The notes beneath the pieces are model-generated. The model did not search any database. It had not been told where the DNA came from and was given only the letters and a program-made list of their open reading frames with translations. This document shows positions 8,102 to 10,891 of a stretch of 10,891 nucleotides of DNA, one piece after another. The DNA comes from Elusimicrobiota bacterium (GTDB lineage: Bacteria > Elusimicrobiota > Elusimicrobia > Elusimicrobiales > UBA9959). Positions within the stretch are counted from its first letter, which is position 1, and each line of letters starts with the position of its first letter. A program made the translations under genes and the position numbers. The stretch lies in assembly GCA_036574205.1 (NCBI GenBank), contig JAINCQ010000027.1, positions 1 to 10,891 on the forward strand. Direction: 5' to 3'.

Positions 8102-8788
8102 TTAAGATTGAAACTCTTCCAATTTAATCTTTAATCCAGGACCCATTGTGGTTGATATTGTAGCAGACTCAAGATATTTTCCTTTTGAACTGGAAGGCTT
8201 GGATTTTATAACAGCATCTATAATAGTTTTAATATTTTCAACAAGGGCTTCCTTATTAAAAGATTTTTTCCCGCAACCTACATGCACTATTCCATAAGCA
8301 TCATTTTTATACTCCACCCTTCCTGCTTTTATTTCTTTAACAACATTCGCGATCTCAAAAGTAACAGTTCCAGTTTTTGGATTTGGCATCAGTCCCTTTG
8401 GACCAAGAATTTTTCCAAGCTTTGCAATATCCTTCATTAAATCAGGGGTAACAACAACAGCGTCAAAATCCACTTTCCCCTTGGATATATCATCTATTAT
8501 TTCATTAGAACCAACAAGATCTGCTCCAGCATTTTTAGCCTCAATAATCTTCTCTCCTTTTGCTATTACACAAACCCTGACTTTTTTCCCAGTTCCATGA
8601 GGCAATGGAGTAGTACCCCTAACATTCTGGTCAGCTTTTTTAGGATCTATTCCAAGTTTTAAATGAAGCTCAACCGTTTCATCAAATTTAACGCTCGGTA
8701 TATTCTTTATAATATCAATCGCCTCTTCTATAGAATACTTTTTATTTAAATCAATTCCTTTTTTTATATTATCTATTCTTTTTCCCAT
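8102..8788 (-). CDS. rplA: 50S ribosomal protein L1
   Basis: KFDETVELHLKLGIDP, LPHGTGK, LGPKGLMPNPKTGTVT, STTMGPG. SD AGGAGG at 8794-8799. Confidence 0.99.
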   Translation of the reverse strand: MGKRIDNIKKGIDLNKKYSIEEAIDIIKNIPSVKFDETVELHLKLGIDPKKADQNVRGTTPLPHGTGKKVRVCVIAKGEKIIEAKNAGADLVGSNEIIDDISKGKVDFDAVVVTPDLMKDIAKLGKILGPKGLMPNPKTGTVTFEIANVVKEIKAGRVEYKNDAYGIVHVGCGKKSFNKEALVENIKTIIDAVIKSKPSSSKGKYLESATISTTMGPGLKIKLEEFQS

Positions 8789-8799
8789 TTATTCCTCCT

Positions 8800-8834
8800 G
8801 AGGTATTAATGTTCTTTTTTTAAAGAACTCCCTC
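8800..8834 (-). promoter_or_regulatory. L1-binding mRNA operator (autoregulatory RNA structure) upstream of rplA
   Basis: Minus strand GAGG-GA-GUUCUUU-AAAA-AAAGAAC-AUUAAUA-CCUC immediately 5' of the SD. It has the same helix / GA-plus-7-nt asymmetric loop / helix architecture as the E. coli L1 operator. Confidence 0.75.
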
Positions 8835-8843
8835 GCTAAAAAA

Positions 8844-9278
8844 TTACTCTGTCACCTCTACGCCCATACTTCGCGCGGTGCCTTTTACCATCTCTATAGC
8901 CTCATTAATATCTTTTGTGTTTAAATCTGGCAATTTCTCTTTTGCTATCTCTTCGGCTTGTTTTCTTGTAAGTTTTGCCACTTTATCTTTATTTGGATGG
9001 GATGAACCTTTCGCAATTCCACAAGCCTTTTTTATCAGAGCCGACATTGGAGGCATTTTTGTTATAAATGTAAAGCTCCTGTCTTCATAAACAGTTATCA
9101 CCACGGGTATAGGCATCCCTTGCTCAAGTTTTTTAGTTTTCTCGTTAAACTGTTTACAAAAATCCATTATATTAACTCCATGCTGTCCTAATGCAGGACC
9201 TATTGGAGGAGCAGGATTGGCCTGTCCCGCAGGAACCTGAAGTTTTATTTGAACTTTCACTTTTTTTACCGGTGCCAT
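8844..9278 (-). CDS. rplK: 50S ribosomal protein L11
   Basis: [56 protein letters not shown]. Confidence 0.99.
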   Translation of the reverse strand: MAPVKKVKVQIKLQVPAGQANPAPPIGPALGQHGVNIMDFCKQFNEKTKKLEQGMPIPVVITVYEDRSFTFITKMPPMSALIKKACGIAKGSSHPNKDKVAKLTRKQAEEIAKEKLPDLNTKDINEAIEMVKGTARSMGVEVTE

Positions 9279-9289
9279 AAGATCTCCCT

Positions 9290-9817
9290 TTAAACCTTCT
9301 CAACCTGAAGAAAATCAAGTTCTACAGGGGTTGGTCTATCAAATATAGTTACGATAACTAAAAGTTTTGATTTTTGAAGATTAACATCATCCACAACGCC
9401 TGTAAAGTGCTTAAACGGTCCCTCCGTTATCCTTACCATCTCCCCTTTATAAAAATCAACCGCAGGTTTTGGATTCTCTTTACTTGTTTCTTCTATTTTA
9501 CTCATAAGACTTTTCACATCATCTTCAGTAAGTGGAGTAGGATTCCCACCTCCAAGAAAACCACTAACACCTGTAATGGTTTTTATTTTCCAATAAACGT
9601 CCTCATTCAAATCCAGATAAACCAATAAATAACCAGGGAAAAACTTTCTTTTTTTTACTTCTTTTTTATTGTTCTTTACGGCAAGGACGTTTTCTGTTGG
9701 TATAAGAACATCAACTTCCTGCGGAATTTCATTGTTTTCTTTTTTGGAAAGTATAGCTTCTCTTACTTTATCTTCATATCCAGTCCTTATATTCAGGACA
9801 TACCATTTATAAGACAT
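9290..9817 (-). CDS. nusG: Transcription termination/antitermination factor NusG
   Basis: [16 protein letters not shown] motif [36 protein letters not shown]; located between secE and rplK. Confidence 0.98.
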   Translation of the reverse strand: MSYKWYVLNIRTGYEDKVREAILSKKENNEIPQEVDVLIPTENVLAVKNNKKEVKKRKFFPGYLLVYLDLNEDVYWKIKTITGVSGFLGGGNPTPLTEDDVKSLMSKIEETSKENPKPAVDFYKGEMVRITEGPFKHFTGVVDDVNLQKSKLLVIVTIFDRPTPVELDFLQVEKV

Positions 9818-9832
9818 TGTTTGCTCCTTAAT

Positions 9833-10042
9833 TTATCTTGCGCCAACGAATATGATGGCAATTTTACTTATTAAAAAATCCAGTAATCCAACATATAGCG
9901 CAAAAAAGATAACTACAATAAAAACTCCAGATGTGGCTCTTATAACATCCTGCTTTGATAACCATGTAACTCTTTTTAGCTCAGCATAAGCTTCTTTTAT
10001 AAAACTAATCAAATTTTTTGGTAAGTTAATAATCTTATCCAT
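9833..10042 (-). CDS. secE: Preprotein translocase subunit SecE (single-TM type)
   Basis: FIKEAYAELKRVTWLSKQD followed by a TM helix; canonical position before nusG. Confidence 0.95.
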   Translation of the reverse strand: MDKIINLPKNLISFIKEAYAELKRVTWLSKQDVIRATSGVFIVVIFFALYVGLLDFLISKIAIIFVGAR

Positions 10043-10235
10043 ATTAAGATATTATACAAAATTTTAAAACCTTTTTTTCATACTTAAACTATCAGTATTT
10101 AAGTTAAAACTAAAATATAAAATTATTTTACAATCGGAAAGACTCTCCCACAAATAAATTTTGCTCACCGCAAAATTTTTCTCAGGTCCCGCCCCTCGCA
10201 AAACTGTATGCTTGTGTTTTGCTGCGGACTTTTAA

Positions 10236-10477
10236 GTCACGCATAAGCCTAACGGACTTTGCGCGACCCCGCCTCGTTTGCCTGTATTGCACAAGGCGAA
10301 CTGCGGCCTTGCGGACTGCACGCGAAACCGTTTAGGTTTCGCTCTAAAGGCAGTCCTGTCACGCATAGCCTTGACGGCTTGCGCGACCCCGCCTCGTTCG
10401 CCTGTATTGCTCAAGGCGAACTGCGGCCTTGCGAATTGCACGCGAAACCGTTTAGGTTTCGCTCTAAAGGCAGTCCT
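10236..10477. repeat. Tandem direct repeat of a ~120-nt GC-rich three-hairpin unit (10236-10357 and 10358-10477)
   Basis: 10261-10357 and 10381-10477 differ at 4 of 97 positions. Unit 2 is 70/120 (58%) GC in an AT-rich context. Each unit contains GTCACGCA..TGCGCGAC, CCGC..GTTYGCCT..AGGCGAAC..GCGG and GGACTGC..GCGAAACC..GGTTTCGC..GCAGTCC hairpins. Confidence 0.95.
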
Positions 10478-10529
10478 CACCTTACAAAGCCAAAAAATTG
10501 GCTTGTTCCTTCCTCAAGAAAGCAAAGCA

Positions 10530-10601
10530 CGGGAGCGGAAGGACTCGAACCCTCAGTCGCGGTTTTGGAGACCGCTGGTTTACCAGTTAACCGACGCTCC
10601 C
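10530..10601 (-). tRNA. tRNA-Trp (anticodon CCA), 3' CCA not encoded
   Basis: Cloverleaf GGGAGCG TC GGTT AACTGGTA AACC A GCGGT CTCCAAA ACCGC GACT GAGGG TTCGAGT CCTTC CGCTCCC G; canonical rpmG-tRNA(Trp)-secE position. Confidence 0.97.
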
Positions 10602-10608
10602 TTTTAAT

Positions 10609-10767
10609 TTAGGATTTTCCCTCTTTATGAAGAGTATGTTTGTCACAGTTTTTGCAATATTTTTTAACTTCTACTTTATAATCTCTCTTTTTATCATTTC
10701 TTGCGTAATAATAATTCTTATTTTTGCATTCTGTACAAACAAGCGAATAAACAACTCTTTCTGCCAT
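10609..10767 (-). CDS. rpmG: 50S ribosomal protein L33, zinc-ribbon (C+) type, 52 aa
   Basis: Manual translation [52 protein letters not shown] has two CxxC motifs. SD GAGGA. Not in the ORF track. Confidence 0.95.
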   Translation of the reverse strand: MAERVVYSLVCTECKNKNYYYARNDKKRDYKVEVKKYCKNCDKHTLHKEGKS

Positions 10768-10775
10768 AAATTCCT

Positions 10776-10891
10776 CTACTCAATGATCTCTGTCACAACT
10801 CCAGCACCTATCGTGCATCCGCCTTCCCTTATAGCAAACCTTAAACCCTTCTCCATCGCTATAGGTGTTATCAATTCAACATTTATCTCTG
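10776..10891 (-). CDS. tuf: Elongation factor Tu, 3' end (partial)
   Basis: Translation ...[37 protein letters not shown] with TAG at 10776-10778. Confidence 0.97.
   Translation of the reverse strand, partial: EINVELITPIAMEKGLRFAIREGGCTIGAGVVTEIIE

Noticed and set aside
2317..9628. Short antisense ORFs (2317..2556, 5223..5426, 5665..5847, 6308..6703, 6493..6696, 7546..7767, 8878..9090, 9374..9628)
   Set aside because: All lie opposite well-supported genes and lack recognisable motifs.
10082..10104. ACTTAAA...TTTAAGT inverted repeat upstream of the secE promoter
   Set aside because: It is short and AT-only, as expected by chance at this base composition, and no operator is recognisable.
10236..10477. 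Repeat as a CRISPR array, integron attC sites or tRNA-derived att duplication
   Set aside because: The units are contiguous with no unique spacers. There are no cas or integrase genes, no clear RYYYAAC/GTTRRRY ends bracketing cassettes, and no copy of the tRNA 3' end.
10232..10612. ORFs 10232..10480(-), 10259..10612(+) and 10278..10607(+) with repeated peptides
   Set aside because: They are by-products of a GC-rich repeat with a 120-nt period (a multiple of 3). Two run antisense across tRNA-Trp, and their composition is unlike the real genes.

Overview
AT-rich bacterial chromosomal window; the gene content tentatively suggests an Elusimicrobiota-like organism (not verified). The right end is the core translation cluster on the minus strand: tuf (3' end), rpmG, tRNA-Trp(CCA), secE, nusG, rplK, rplA. 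The cluster stops after rplA and converges on an Hsp20 gene whose perfect sigma70 promoter is covered by two CIRCE (HrcA) operators. To the left are a large TPR protein, divergent from a coupled rdgB-hypothetical-HAMP/PAS histidine kinase run, then a LysM-FecR-Fn3 exported protein, a start-less ORF in frame behind its stop codon, a terminator, and the 5' end of an ABC ATPase missed by the ORF track. The most unusual element is a GC-rich hairpin array between tRNA-Trp and secE: two ~120-nt tandem three-hairpin units plus a diverged hairpin copy with a covarying stem. Also notable are an L1-binding RNA operator directly before rplA and several apparently leaderless genes.
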